Numbered from the stretch's first letter, positions 10,454 through 20,334 are shown. The stretch is 52,952 nt of DNA from a virus (IMGVR_UViG_3300010163_000008:64001-116952), one strand, 5' to 3'. Translations and numbers: made by a program. Notes: generated by a model from the letters alone, not told the origin.

Positions 10454-10642
10454 TCAAAGGACGTTTGTTTGCCCACTTGTACGATACGGAGTCCATACCT
10501 CTTTCAGCCCACCACTAGGTATACGAATATATTCAAAATATCCATCTGTTCTATATGTAAGCAAGTTATCCCTTTTACTTGGTTTAATAAAAAAGGAATT
10601 GTGTTCTACTGTAGGCATATCTGCCCATTCACTGACTTTCAT
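10454..10642 (-). CDS. Hypothetical 62-aa protein
   Basis: ORF with upstream GGAGG. Confidence 0.5.
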   Translation of the reverse strand: MKVSEWADMPTVEHNSFFIKPSKRDNLLTYRTDGYFEYIRIPSGGLKEVWTPYRTSGQTNVL

Positions 10643-10677
10643 TAGTATGAACCTCCATATCTTTAAAATCTAGTGGG

Positions 10678-10712
10678 TAAAAAATAAGGGATGAATTAAT
10701 ATCCATCCCTTA
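10678..10712 (-). terminator. Rho-independent terminator after the major tail gene
   Basis: AAGGGATG-loop-CATCCCTT followed by ATTTTTT on the minus strand. Confidence 0.7.
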
Positions 10713-10792
10713 AATTTTGCAACCAGTTTCACTTAATTTATATTCTTTATGTTATATTATAGTATTAAGTTACCTATTTGTCAACTGGAATT

Positions 10793-11602
10793 TTATGGGC
10801 CAACTGGGTCTTTAGTGTCCTCATCTGCTTCTGCTTCATCCTCGGTATATACCTTGAAGTCGTAAAGCTTAGAAGACATACAGCCCTTAACAAACTCCAT
10901 AGAGAGGTTCTGTACAACAGGGTCGCCATCAGCGGACAAATCGAAGTTCCAGTTGCCGTCAATCTGTGCCATACCGTCAACTTGGCAGGGGAATAGTTCA
11001 CCTGTGCAAGTGTCTTTAGCAAGACCATAAGCAGTACAAAGAACAGTAGCAGGAATACCATCACCAGTTACGGTGATAACCTGTGCATTATCAGCGGACT
11101 TATACTCATAGGTTACAGCAAACATCTCACCTTCAAGAGGCTTGTCTGCATCCGCAAGAGCAATTTCCTTTGTGGAAGTAGTATAAGTAAACTTGCCTTC
11201 TGCGGCAGTATCAGCTTGTTCGTACTTCTTAATATAAGTACCGTTAGCAGGGTCTACCTTATAAAGGAAAAGAATCTCAGAACCAGCAGTACCCTGTGCA
11301 GTAAACTTAGTAGCAAGTTTACCATCTGCACCAGCAGTTAGAATCTCGTAATACTGAATATTAGTGCTACCTTGGAAAAGTTCAGTACCAGACTGTAGTG
11401 CCATAACCTCCGTATTGAAGGTTGCGTTCGTAACACTTAGTGTAGCCCTACGTGAGTGTGCAAAACCGCCACCAACGTAAATATTTCCACGTCCACCAGT
11501 AGGATAAACCATTTCTACAGTATTCTCAAGACCACTAGTTTTAGTGTTGGTAAGATATGCTGCAATAGACTTGTCTACGGGCTTACGAAGGAGAATTTCA
11601 AA
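10793..11602 (-). CDS. Major tail (tube) protein, exon 2 (spliced product ~290 aa)
   Basis: Beta-rich tail-tube-like sequence (GGRGN, FDLSADGDP..QNLSMEF). The ORF-track start at 11656 lies inside the intron; exon 2 begins TTT GAA ATT directly after the terminal G at 11603. Confidence 0.8.
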   Translation of the reverse strand, partial: FEILLRKPVDKSIAAYLTNTKTSGLENTVEMVYPTGGRGNIYVGGGFAHSRRATLSVTNATFNTEVMALQSGTELFQGSTNIQYYEILTAGADGKLATKFTAQGTAGSEILFLYKVDPANGTYIKKYEQADTAAEGKFTYTTSTKEIALADADKPLEGEMFAVTYEYKSADNAQVITVTGDGIPATVLCTAYGLAKDTCTGELFPCQVDGMAQIDGNWNFDLSADGDPVVQNLSMEFVKGCMSSKLYDFKVYTEDEAEADEDTKDPVGP

Positions 11603-11761
11603 CTTTAATATTAATCTGTATATCGGCAATATACAGCCATCAATTACGATGCTCATACTTTCATATGAGAATAGACTACATCATTATCTCAAAGAGATAC
11701 CCTCCACTTCGAGCGCCATAATGCCTTGCGCCCTACTCCTAAATAGGATAGTCGTTGAACC

Positions 11762-12313
11762 TTATTCTATTTTCTTTCTACTCTTTCGTTTTTTGTAGTT
11801 AAATTCGTATAAACACGATATATGCGACCATAGCTTTCCACTCCTAATGGCATATATTTCACTTTCACAAGTATTGTACTGAACAGCAATATTTTTTATA
11901 GGTACATTATCTGCAATCATCTTACAAATTTCATGCACCTGTTTTTCTGTTAACTTAGCAAAGCTATTATGTTCTCCTTGTTGTGAATGTAGTCCATGTT
12001 TAAATGCGTGTCGTAAATTTTCACTACAAGTTACCCACTCAAGATTGGATATATGATTATTGAGTTTGTTTCCATCTTTATGGTTAACTTGTAGGTGATA
12101 ACGTATAGGTTTGTTAGTAAACGCACATAAGACTACTCGATGCACACCATATTCTATGCCAACCCCGTCTATGTGCATATATGTTGCAACATATCCCCTA
12201 GACGTTATATGCGTTGGCATAAAGCGTTGTTTTACTAAATCATATATAGTGCCGTCTTCATATACTTGATACTGATACTTGTCAGAGTCAGAAGTTATAA
12301 TTACTGATTCCAC
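11762..12313 (-). CDS. Intron-encoded HNH homing endonuclease (NUMOD4/HNH_3-like with C-terminal HTH)
   Basis: VHRVV..F, VNHKDGNKLNNHISNLEWVT.SEN.RHA. Likely GTG start at 12313 after RBS GAGGGGTG. Lies in the P6 loop (flanks CTATTTTCT/AGAAAATAG pair). Confidence 0.9.
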   Translation of the reverse strand: MESVIITSDSDKYQYQVYEDGTIYDLVKQRFMPTHITSRGYVATYMHIDGVGIEYGVHRVVLCAFTNKPIRYHLQVNHKDGNKLNNHISNLEWVTCSENLRHAFKHGLHSQQGEHNSFAKLTEKQVHEICKMIADNVPIKNIAVQYNTCESEIYAIRSGKLWSHISCLYEFNYKKRKSRKKIE

Positions 12314-12352
12314 GATATCACCCCTCGTACATATAATTTTGTCTCTACTTAT

Positions 12353-12381
12353 ATTATACGATAAAAAGTGCCATTCGTCAA
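12353..12381 (-). promoter_or_regulatory. Phage sigmaA-type promoter motif driving the HNH gene
   Basis: TTGACG-N17-TATAAT with flanks TTTATCG and ATAAGTAGA. Confidence 0.8.
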
Positions 12382-12578
12382 CCAATATATTTGAAAATTT
12401 TAGAAAATAGAACCTTGGTTGCGGATTGCCCAATCTTTTATACTTATTACTATACCTTATGGATTAGATAAGCCACTACAATGTTACCATTGTAGCTTAG
12501 TATATAAAAGCTCTAAGGGTTTTCCCGCAATTAAAAGGGTTTGCTGTACACATCACTGTGTAAAGGGTCAATGAAATT

Positions 12579-12641
12579 AACCTGTTGCATACTAAATTCC
12601 CTAGGCGTTGCTAGTACGGTCGTAGCTCTCGTTTCAGCCAT
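12579..12641 (-). CDS. Major tail protein, exon 1 (MAETRATTVLATPREFSMQQV)
   Basis: RBS TGGAG; 21 codons ending at the P1 U.G pair. Confidence 0.8.
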
Positions 12642-12659
12642 ATGTATTCAACTCCATTT

Positions 12660-13316
12660 CTAATCAATTATTTTACTCCAATTAATTTGTTCCCAATTAA
12701 TTGGATTCTTTTTAGTATCTAAACATCCACTATATAAAGCTCTAGTCGTACCGTCCCAATTAGTGAACTGCATAAATCTATAGTATAAATTATATACCAT
12801 ATAAATAGGCATTGCCCACAATTCTTGATACGATATTCCTTTAGCTATTAACGAGGATGTAATACTGTCTAAAGTTACAGTAGGTTCTCTCTTGTGTTTG
12901 ATATCATCCATACGCCCTTTATATTCCATTTCAAGAATATATTTTTTAGCACGTTTAGTTCCACCCTTTACAACATTATGCTCTACTGTATCACGCCAAT
13001 TTATTTTCTGAATAAAATCTCGTGTAACCATATATAAAGCTTCATTAAATACAAAGTCATTGTATCTATGCTTATACATACCACGATTATCCTTACTAAC
13101 GTTTAGTAATGTAAGTGATTCTGTCTCTTTATCTATTTGAATAACAAACAAAGGAGAAGTATCTACAAAAAACGCTAGTGCGTCACTAATTTTATTATTT
13201 ATTAGCACACAATTACGAGGTACACTTTTTCTTCCATCTTCAAGTTCGTCATATACTAATACTTCAACAGCATCTAAAAGGCACTGTTGCATAAAGAATA
13301 GCCACTCACTTTTTAT
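12660..13316 (-). CDS. Tail-module hypothetical protein, exon 2 (spliced product ~294 aa)
   Basis: Frame is open 8 codons upstream of the track start (IKSEWLFF-MQQ) up to the intron terminal TTAG at 13317; no RBS at 13292. Confidence 0.75.
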   Translation of the reverse strand: MKSEWLFFMQQCLLDAVEVLVYDELEDGRKSVPRNCVLINNKISDALAFFVDTSPLFVIQIDKETESLTLLNVSKDNRGMYKHRYNDFVFNEALYMVTRDFIQKINWRDTVEHNVVKGGTKRAKKYILEMEYKGRMDDIKHKREPTVTLDSITSSLIAKGISYQELWAMPIYMVYNLYYRFMQFTNWDGTTRALYSGCLDTKKNPINWEQINWSKIID

Positions 13317-13450
13317 CTAAGCTCCTTATAAATCAGATTACAAGATTCTTGGTCAATAATACTAACGTATTAAGTATCACCAAGCTAACCCCGTGACTTC
13401 CACGGTTCTCATATATGTTATAAACCTCATATCTGTTTCAATCCTTCATA
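13297..13450 (-). ncRNA. TnpB omegaRNA (approximate limits), with guide derived from the 3' exon
   Basis: Typical IS605 right-end scaffold downstream of tnpB: AACCGTGGAAGTCACGGGGTTAGCTTGGT...GACCAAGAA, then hairpin CTTGTAA/TTATAAG and terminal TTAG; the guide would be ATAAAAAGTGAGTGGCTATT. Confidence 0.65.
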
Positions 13451-14521
13451 TAGAATATTTATTGCCGCATTGACATCCCTATCGTGGTGTGTGCCACATC
13501 GTGGGCATACCCATTCACGAACGTTCAAATCCTTTACATCCTCATTCTTATATCCACAACAATGACATAGTTGAGAACTTGCAAAGAATGTCCCTACTTT
13601 TACCAACTGTCTACCATACCAATTAGCTTTATATGCTAATTTGATAGCAAAGTCAGACCATGATACATCCAATATAGAACGCGCCAACTGACGTCTTCCC
13701 ATCATCTCTTGTATGCGTAAATCTTCCATACAAATAACATCATAGTCTCTAACTAGTTGTGTAGATAATTTATTTAGAAAGTCTTTACGTTGATTAGTGA
13801 TATGTTCATACATTCTAGCCAATCTTATTCTTGCTTTATTCCAATTTGAGCTACCCCTTTGTTTTCGGTCTAGCTCTCTATGTAATCTAGTAAGTTGTCT
13901 TAAAGACTTCTCTAAATACTTAGGGTTATCAATCCTCTCACCATTACTCAATGTAGCAAACTCTTTGATACCTAAATCAATACCAACTTGTTGATTAGTT
14001 TTAGGTAATTGTTTTGATTCCACATCAGTACAAGTAATAGATACATAGTATTTACCACTTGGTGCTTGAGTAATAGTAGCATTCAATATCCTACCTTCTG
14101 GAATTAAGTTCCCTCTAATTTTTACTAAGTTTAATTTAGGGAGACGAACATAATTACCGCAATATCTAACAATATTATTAGAATTGGTAGTTCTATAAGA
14201 ACGACGAGAGTCTTTTTTCCTTTTAAACTTAGGAAATCCAGTATGCTCTTTAAAAAACCTTCTATAAGCGACATCCAAATTACGTAAAGCATTTCCCAAT
14301 GCCCATTTATCAGGCTCTTGTAACCATACTAATTCCTTTTTAAGTCGTGTTAAGTCTCTGCTACATTCATTTAGCGATAATGTACGATGTTCTTCGTCAT
14401 ATATTCTAATCTTTTCCGCTAGATAATGATTATATACAAATCTCACACAACCGAATGTCTTCTGAATTAGGGCTATCTGTTCTTTGTTAGGATATAAACG
14501 ATATTTATAAGTCTTTTCCAT
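13427..14521 (-). CDS. tnpB: IS200/IS605 TnpB RNA-guided nuclease (catalytic residues intact)
   Basis: N-terminal KYRLYPN..Q...FGCVRFVYN; RuvC-I GIDLG, RuvC-II MEDL, Zn finger CHCCG/CPRCG, Ruv[14 protein letters not shown]; RBS AAGGAGGTGA. Confidence 0.95.
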   Translation of the reverse strand: MEKTYKYRLYPNKEQIALIQKTFGCVRFVYNHYLAEKIRIYDEEHRTLSLNECSRDLTRLKKELVWLQEPDKWALGNALRNLDVAYRRFFKEHTGFPKFKRKKDSRRSYRTTNSNNIVRYCGNYVRLPKLNLVKIRGNLIPEGRILNATITQAPSGKYYVSITCTDVESKQLPKTNQQVGIDLGIKEFATLSNGERIDNPKYLEKSLRQLTRLHRELDRKQRGSSNWNKARIRLARMYEHITNQRKDFLNKLSTQLVRDYDVICMEDLRIQEMMGRRQLARSILDVSWSDFAIKLAYKANWYGRQLVKVGTFFASSQLCHCCGYKNEDVKDLNVREWVCPRCGTHHDRDVNAAINILYEGLKQI

Positions 14522-14560
14522 CCTCGATTCACCTCCTTCGCATTTTTATCTTCTACTTAT

Positions 14561-14589
14561 ATTATATGATAAATTTGCGCTCTCGTCAA
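14561..14589 (-). promoter_or_regulatory. Phage sigmaA-type promoter motif driving tnpB
   Basis: TTGACG-N17-TATAAT with flanks TTTATCA and ATAAGTAGA. Confidence 0.8.
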
Positions 14590-15008
14590 CCGAAAATTGG
14601 AAAATATTTTTATAACATATAATCTGATTTTAGAAACACACGTCACATAAGGTCGCTACTCCTTATGCAGTTCTCTTATGAACTTCCTACACTTTCATAT
14701 AGGTATAGACTATATCTTCATCCTTTCGGATGTTACCCACTTCCATCGCCAAACGCTTGCGATGTACTCCCTCACGGGATAGTCGTTGAACGTTTCTCTG
14801 TTCGAGGCTTCGCTGCTCGGTTGCCCATTTTCTACCAGTGTTTAGGATTTAACCTTGCACTATCTACATATTTCTTTCTACTTTCGTAACCATCACGATT
14901 GAGCTTATTTCATCTCTGCGTTGTGGTATATGTAGCTCTTAGGGTTTTCCAGCATTTCAAGTAATTATTTTTCACACACATCTCTGTATGTGTGGACTAA
15001 TAAAGATA

Positions 15009-15236
15009 ATCCTCATACCATACTTTATTCTCCACCCAAAGGATATCTGCAATATCCACAATAGAAGTGCTAAGAATAGAAGTATACTCTATATATCTAT
15101 CTGACTCTTCATGTAGCGATAACGCTTCATTCCCCTTTAATTCCTTTATATCTGTTAATGTTGGATGTTTTAAATAGTAACTATCATACAAATGGAGAGC
15201 GTCCCCATGTTGTAAAGCTAACTTATTAAAATTCAT
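15009..15236 (-). CDS. Tail-module hypothetical protein, exon 1 (76 codons)
   Basis: ORF 14997..15236 terminates 3 codons into the intron; splice site after GAG GAT. Confidence 0.75.
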
Positions 15237-15811
15237 TCAATACGTATCTTTCCATTAAACGGTATTTTAGAATATAAGGGAAGTGAGGTATTACACTCTA
15301 TATTACTGCCTACATAAAGTTCATATATTAACTGTATACCGTAATAGGAACTACTATAATCTTTTGTTCTAAAACCATAATATTGAGAAGCATTAGTTAT
15401 TGGAATAGTCAAGTGTTGATTATTAAACATTTTGTCCAACTCACTTGCTACATAATACGGTCTAAATCCACCTTTAATCGTCCATGCGTATAAGTGATAA
15501 ATGATATCAAACTGTACATTAACACATCTGAATCCTCTATTAGTATCTACAGAGTTACCGCCCGTGAGTGTTACTGTAAGATACCCTTTTTGATTTAACT
15601 CCGTATCTGGTAACTTAGGAACTGGAAATATATGTTTAAACATTAAACAAGTTGTATCTTCAATATCTGGTTCTTTAAAGGGGTCATAATCAGGTCTTTT
15701 ATCTGTTGGATAATAATACAGCAATTTACATAATCGTTGGTTTTTTAGTAGATATTCACCAATAACGCCTATAACTATATCATTTAATTCTGTAAAAAAC
15801 GCCATTACCAA
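15233..15811 (-). CDS. Neck/tail terminator-like structural protein
   Basis: 192 aa; QFDIIYH and RPY..ASELDKMFN; assigned from position in the head-tail module. Confidence 0.45.
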   Translation of the reverse strand: MVMAFFTELNDIVIGVIGEYLLKNQRLCKLLYYYPTDKRPDYDPFKEPDIEDTTCLMFKHIFPVPKLPDTELNQKGYLTVTLTGGNSVDTNRGFRCVNVQFDIIYHLYAWTIKGGFRPYYVASELDKMFNNQHLTIPITNASQYYGFRTKDYSSSYYGIQLIYELYVGSNIECNTSLPLYSKIPFNGKIRIE

Positions 15812-17052
15812 ATACCTCCCAACTCAAGTAATAATATAGTTTTCTCGCCTGTATCTAAGTTTGTACAAACAATCTTTAATATTCCATCACTATATAACCT
15901 GTGATACAATACAGCAAAGTTATTACCATCTGATTCTAAATCAAAATAGTTTTCTGGAATATCATATGCTTGTATATCAAATTTGGTATCTAGCTGAACA
16001 CCATCTAAGTATGAATAAATCGAATATTGTTGTTTTTGATTTAGTTTAAGATATGTAACCTCTGGTGATATAATATCTACGGCGACACTTGATTGTGTCG
16101 CTACTACCTCAACATTAGTTACAGAACATATTTTAGGATTATTAAACATTCGACAATATAACTTACAAGTACCAACACCTACACACTCAAACTTGCCATT
16201 GTATTGATTAATTTTACAAACTTTATCATCAGACGTTTCATAAAATACTGATTCATCTGTAGTATCATCCATAAACAACACTTTATGATGCAGTTTATCA
16301 GAGAATCCCACGACATTTTTGATTTCCTCAACAGTTTCTACAACAAACATTGGGTCGAAGTAATCAGCTACTCCAATATCCATCCTATCAGCATCAGCTA
16401 TAGCGTCTACATCGGCATAAAAAGATAAAGTTTTTGCACTGTCTTTATCAAATGTATACTGTCTATCAAATTTATGTCTTTCTCTTATCTTATAAACATT
16501 ATCATTAAAAACAAATCTTCTGTTTATACCTATATCTTGTGTGTGTTGATTTAATTGACAAGTAACACCTATACGCCCGGAGGGTACATCCATGGTATAC
16601 TCTTTATATGGTTGAGTTTCAGTCAAGCTATAATCAATATAACATGGTTCATGATGTATCAATCCATATTTATCTTCAATATTCAACGTATTATTACACC
16701 GTCTAAGATAAGCAGAAGAAGTTACCGTTTTTAGATTATCTGTAGAAAAAACCATCCAGATATTATTATCAAAACGATATCTAGTACCAAGCTCTGGTTT
16801 CTTATTAAGGTCATTATATATAATTTTCTTGTAATCGTCATTAACACGTTGCCCTGTTTTTGCGTCTACAAGAGAGGTTATTCTACACTCTACTGGTGCA
16901 AACTCTAATGAACCAAATCTTATTTCTTCTTCTACATCATATTCAACTGTAGAGGCATTTTCAAACTCTTGATTGACTTTCTCCTGCATACCTTGTACCC
17001 AATATTGTTTAGGCGTAAGTATACTTTTACAAAAGTTATCGTAGAAAGCCAT
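15805..17052 (-). CDS. Head-closure/neck protein with C-terminal Ig-like repeats
   Basis: N-terminal beta-rich LRRCN motif; Ig-like segment VFYETSDDKVCKIN..GKFECVGVG. Confidence 0.5.
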   Translation of the reverse strand: MAFYDNFCKSILTPKQYWVQGMQEKVNQEFENASTVEYDVEEEIRFGSLEFAPVECRITSLVDAKTGQRVNDDYKKIIYNDLNKKPELGTRYRFDNNIWMVFSTDNLKTVTSSAYLRRCNNTLNIEDKYGLIHHEPCYIDYSLTETQPYKEYTMDVPSGRIGVTCQLNQHTQDIGINRRFVFNDNVYKIRERHKFDRQYTFDKDSAKTLSFYADVDAIADADRMDIGVADYFDPMFVVETVEEIKNVVGFSDKLHHKVLFMDDTTDESVFYETSDDKVCKINQYNGKFECVGVGTCKLYCRMFNNPKICSVTNVEVVATQSSVAVDIISPEVTYLKLNQKQQYSIYSYLDGVQLDTKFDIQAYDIPENYFDLESDGNNFAVLYHRLYSDGILKIVCTNLDTGEKTILLLELGGIW

Positions 17053-17054
17053 GT

Positions 17055-17369
17055 TTACACCTCCAAATTTTGAATCATAGAAATAATATGAAATACCAGA
17101 GATTTTACTATTTTATGATTTATAGTTTCAGAATCTTGAATACCAGCAAGTAGATTAACTATAGTAATTAACTCAATATTTTCACTACGTCTGCTAAAAC
17201 CAATCATTTCAATTTTAATACGTTCGACATAGTTATTATATGAGCTATAGTCATTACTTTCTTGACAATCTTCATAGATTCCTAATATAGCAAAAATTTT
17301 ATCAACCAATTTACGTTTATATCTACTAAATTCATCGGCTGTGTATATAACTTTGCCATTATAATCCAT
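17055..17369 (-). CDS. Hypothetical protein (start revised to ATG 17369, 104 aa)
   Basis: RBS GGTGG and overlap with the upstream stop; removes a 150-nt overlap implied by the track. Confidence 0.55.
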   Translation of the reverse strand: MDYNGKVIYTADEFSRYKRKLVDKIFAILGIYEDCQESNDYSSYNNYVERIKIEMIGFSRRSENIELITIVNLLAGIQDSETINHKIVKSLVFHIISMIQNLEV

Positions 17370-17817
17370 AATTACCACCAGCCCATTCCGTCCACGGAGT
17401 ATTATTGAAATCATACTTCCACATATCTTGTGCGTTGATTTCTCTAATCTTATCTCTCGTTTCGGTTTTTTCTCGAAGGTTCTTTTCTTCAGAATAGTGC
17501 TTGAAGTCATTATCGGTCAAAGTTAAAGACATTTGTGTAATATCAAGACATACTCTATCCATCCAAGCCTCTACCATTAAGCCTGTAAGTATGTCTTTTT
17601 CTTTTATGCTCAACTCAACATCAAATTGAGCTAATTCTTCATTAGGATGTTGAATCCCCTTACACAAATCAAACTTAGCAATAGCCTTAAACAGATACGA
17701 TTTGCACAAATCGGTTGCCACTTGTGCGTCAGTTAAGAATAAGTTACGCTGTTTCCAGTCTTGTACCTTACTTAAAAATAACGCATATATTTCTTCAAAG
17801 GTAGTTACATTTGGCAT
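17359..17817 (-). CDS. Head-tail connector/adaptor-like protein
   Basis: 152 aa; TTFEEIYALFL..V.D and FKHYSEEKNL; third gene after the capsid gene. Confidence 0.5.
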   Translation of the reverse strand: MPNVTTFEEIYALFLSKVQDWKQRNLFLTDAQVATDLCKSYLFKAIAKFDLCKGIQHPNEELAQFDVELSIKEKDILTGLMVEAWMDRVCLDITQMSLTLTDNDFKHYSEEKNLREKTETRDKIREINAQDMWKYDFNNTPWTEWAGGNYGL

Positions 17818-17827
17818 ATAATCACCT

Positions 17828-18619
17828 TTACTTCTTCATGTTACGCTCGGCAAATTCCTTTTTATCGTTAGCTTTCTTCTGAATATCTACACCAATGACA
17901 TCACTTATAATAGCAATCTTGTTCCTATCAAGTGGGACACCTGCATAAAGCTTATCAGCTAACACATTAGCTAATGCTTCACGCTGTCCATTAGGCATTA
18001 CACCAACAATATCTCGAACATCTGAATCACTATACTCTGTAATATGGTCTACAATATCCTTATTGATAAGTTTGTTGTATTCCGTAGATAATCCGAGTGA
18101 ATATACTGCGGCTCTATCTAGTATGTAGAACAACCCCTGCTCTGCAAACTTACTTTCATTATTTACATAATCAACAAGGTCATGATAGAGTACAGACTTC
18201 ACTTGCCCGAATTTATCAAAAGTTAATAGCTTACCTGCACTCCTATTAGCTGAATTACAAAGATTAAGAGTACCATAATACATAGACATTACTTTAATCT
18301 GCTGATTAGCACTAGGTTCATCATAATGTTCAACAGCCTCAACTTTAGGTGCAGGCATATCTGCCGCTACAATCTTATCATGAGTTTCCCTCTCTGCCTT
18401 ATCATCAAGAAGTACTTGAATCTTAGACATCAATTCATTTACTGTATTCTTTAATTCTGCATTTTGTGCTTCAAGTGCTTTAATATTTTCATCTGCACTT
18501 GTTGTGCCGACGACTACAGCCTCAACAGTAGCTTTACTTTCTGTAGATTCAGTTGTTTTTGCGTCCACTTTTGCAGACACGGGCTTATCTACAGATTTAG
18601 TATTTTTAATCACTGACAT
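17828..18619 (-). CDS. Hypothetical structural-region protein (position equivalent to SPbeta YonA)
   Basis: 263 aa with a coiled coil and FDKFGQVK segment; RBS AAAGGGG. Confidence 0.5.
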   Translation of the reverse strand: MSVIKNTKSVDKPVSAKVDAKTTESTESKATVEAVVVGTTSADENIKALEAQNAELKNTVNELMSKIQVLLDDKAERETHDKIVAADMPAPKVEAVEHYDEPSANQQIKVMSMYYGTLNLCNSANRSAGKLLTFDKFGQVKSVLYHDLVDYVNNESKFAEQGLFYILDRAAVYSLGLSTEYNKLINKDIVDHITEYSDSDVRDIVGVMPNGQREALANVLADKLYAGVPLDRNKIAIISDVIGVDIQKKANDKKEFAERNMKK

Positions 18620-18652
18620 ACTCGTTTACCCCTTTCAATTCTTTAATATATT

Positions 18653-18679
18653 AGAGGGGTAGCGGTTCGCTACCCCTTT
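18653..18679 (-). terminator. Stem-loop after the major capsid gene
   Basis: GGGGTAGCG/CGCTACCCC, a perfect 9-bp stem. Confidence 0.65.
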
Positions 18680-18691
18680 ATATATTTAAAA

Positions 18692-19783
18692 TTAGCCTAG
18701 TGTAATAACACCTGCGATAGCATTGGTAGCAATACCAATACCATAAGACTTCCAAATAGTGGTACTCTCGTTGAGATTTGCAGCGTCCATATGAGGAATG
18801 GTGTTAGTCATAGAATTACCCTCGTATACTACCTTAACAAGTGACTGAGAGGCAGGAGAAAGGACATAAATTCTATCATCACGAAGCCCAAGTGTATAGG
18901 GTTTATCCCATACTGCAATCTGGGGCAGAGCTAGGCAATCAAAGCCAAATGCATTCTTGACATAGCCAATAGTAGCATAGTCAGAATCAAGGAAGTAACG
19001 ATAGTTAGCGTTGTCAGGGAGCACGTTCTGTAGAGCCGCCTGAGTACCGACAAAGATAGCCTTAGAGCCACCATTGTAAGCAGTTACAACCTGACCAAGG
19101 CGTACTGCACTCTTCTGTGACCAACCAGCAACACGAAGTTCGCCATCAACAGGAGTGTCAGGAAGAGCTTCCATAGCGGTATCGAATGCAGTGTAGATTT
19201 CCTGTGTCATGTTAAGCTCAAGTGAAAGGATAGCTTTCATAACGAACTTGGCAAGAGAATCCATACCACAAAGTACACGATAGAAGTTTACAAACACAGT
19301 GATTTCACGGTTCTCTGGAACAATGCTCACCTGAGTGCTGTATTGCCTCTGGAACTCAACGGTGCGCTGGTCGCGTCCAGCCTTAGATACGTAGAAAAGG
19401 TCGCTAGGCTCTACTTCAAATAGAGCAGAATCGCCCCAACCAATATAACGGTTTTCAGAATATAGACCGATGGATTTATCAAGAATATCAGGGATAATCA
19501 TGTCGATAAGGCTGTTGACTACTGCCATAGCCGCCCAACGATAGTTAGGATTCTGGGAGTACATTTCCATAGAAACGTTTTCGGAGAAGTTAATACCAGA
19601 GAGCTTACGAATTTCATCCTGCATCATCTTATTGACCTTTGCTTCTTTATCAGCAAAAGTGTAAGACTTGTCGTAACTTAGTTCTTTCTTACCCATAGTC
19701 TCTGCCATATACTGATACATATAATCTTTAAAGGCAGATTGTACTTTGGGAAGATTATCAGCAAAGCATATCATTTTACCCAT
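18692..19783 (-). CDS. Major capsid protein (HK97 fold; SPbeta YonB position)
   Basis: 363 aa; follows the protease and decoration genes and precedes a strong hairpin; YIGWGDSALFEV and KSYGIGIAT segments; codon usage typical of a highly expressed gene. Confidence 0.75.
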   Translation of the reverse strand: MGKMICFADNLPKVQSAFKDYMYQYMAETMGKKELSYDKSYTFADKEAKVNKMMQDEIRKLSGINFSENVSMEMYSQNPNYRWAAMAVVNSLIDMIIPDILDKSIGLYSENRYIGWGDSALFEVEPSDLFYVSKAGRDQRTVEFQRQYSTQVSIVPENREITVFVNFYRVLCGMDSLAKFVMKAILSLELNMTQEIYTAFDTAMEALPDTPVDGELRVAGWSQKSAVRLGQVVTAYNGGSKAIFVGTQAALQNVLPDNANYRYFLDSDYATIGYVKNAFGFDCLALPQIAVWDKPYTLGLRDDRIYVLSPASQSLVKVVYEGNSMTNTIPHMDAANLNESTTIWKSYGIGIATNAIAGVITLG

Positions 19784-19800
19784 TATATTTCACCACCTTA

Positions 19801-20334
19801 TTAGTTATTAACGACTTCGAACTTGTAAGTCGTAGGATGAGACTTAACAAGTGCTGCGTCACCAATGTGTAGAATGCTTGTACCAATCTTATGTAGGCAC
19901 ATACCCGTACCTTCACTAGCAGAAGCCTTGAGTTTATAACCAGAAACATCAGGTACAAGATAATCAAGAGATTCAATGTTCTCGATGTTAGCACCAGTCA
20001 TTTCAATGATATCACCAGGGATTAACTTAGTAACATCAATCATACGACCTGCAACATTTACAAAAGCGCGTGGGTCTTTAGTAAGTCCACGATACTCTAC
20101 ACCCATTGCGTCCTTGATGGTAACAACTTCTGGTGAAGTAGCCATCCAAAGTCCTTTATCAGATTCAGAAGCCTGTTCTGCCTGCCATACCTTACTTTCA
20201 CCAGCATTGGTAGAATAAGCAGAGAGCTTAAAGACGCAACCATTTTCAACGTCCACATCACAAACTGCTGTGCGATTGTATGCGTCAACGTTATAAGCAG
20301 CTACACGCTTTTTAATAACAACATTATTTGCCAC
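19801..20334 (-). CDS. Head decoration/capsid stabilising protein
   Basis: Located between protease and capsid genes; DVENGCVFKL; GTG start at 20334 after AAAGGTGG. Confidence 0.55.
   Translation of the reverse strand: MANNVVIKKRVAAYNVDAYNRTAVCDVDVENGCVFKLSAYSTNAGESKVWQAEQASESDKGLWMATSPEVVTIKDAMGVEYRGLTKDPRAFVNVAGRMIDVTKLIPGDIIEMTGANIENIESLDYLVPDVSGYKLKASASEGTGMCLHKIGTSILHIGDAALVKSHPTTYKFEVVNN

Larger units (their letters stand above)
11603..12578 (-). mobile_element. Group I intron (976 nt) in the major tail gene
   Basis: P1 GGUU/GACC with U.G at the 5' splice site; P2 TACACA-GTGA-TGTGTA; P AATTGCGGGAAA; Q AATCCGCAACC; R TTCAACGACTA; S GATGTAGTCT; P9 hairpins; terminal G; 7-bp P10 (AATTTCA/TGAAATT). 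Splicing joins MQQV|FEILL in frame. Confidence 0.9.
13317..15008 (-). mobile_element. IStron-like element: group I intron carrying tnpB, no tnpA (1692 nt)
   Basis: P1 GGAU/GUCC with U.G; P AAATGCTGGAAA; Q GAGCAGCGAAG; R TTCAACGACTA; S AAGATATAGTCT; tnpB inserted after P9; P10 UUUAU/AUAAA. Splicing joins VWYED|IKSEW in frame. Confidence 0.88.

Noticed and set aside
10218-10463. Repeated CCTTTGAGAA at the ends of two consecutive small ORFs
   Set aside because: Only 10 bp, two copies, each covering a stop codon plus RBS lead-in; no wider structure.
12314-12433. N-terminal 40 aa of track ORF 11762..12433
   Set aside because: Overlaps the intron Q/P6 elements and the internal promoter; the GTG at 12313 has the RBS.
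17370-17510. Apparent 150-nt overlapping-gene pair (17055..17510 with 17359..17817)
   Set aside because: A better RBS and ATG at 17369 reduces it to an ordinary short overlap.
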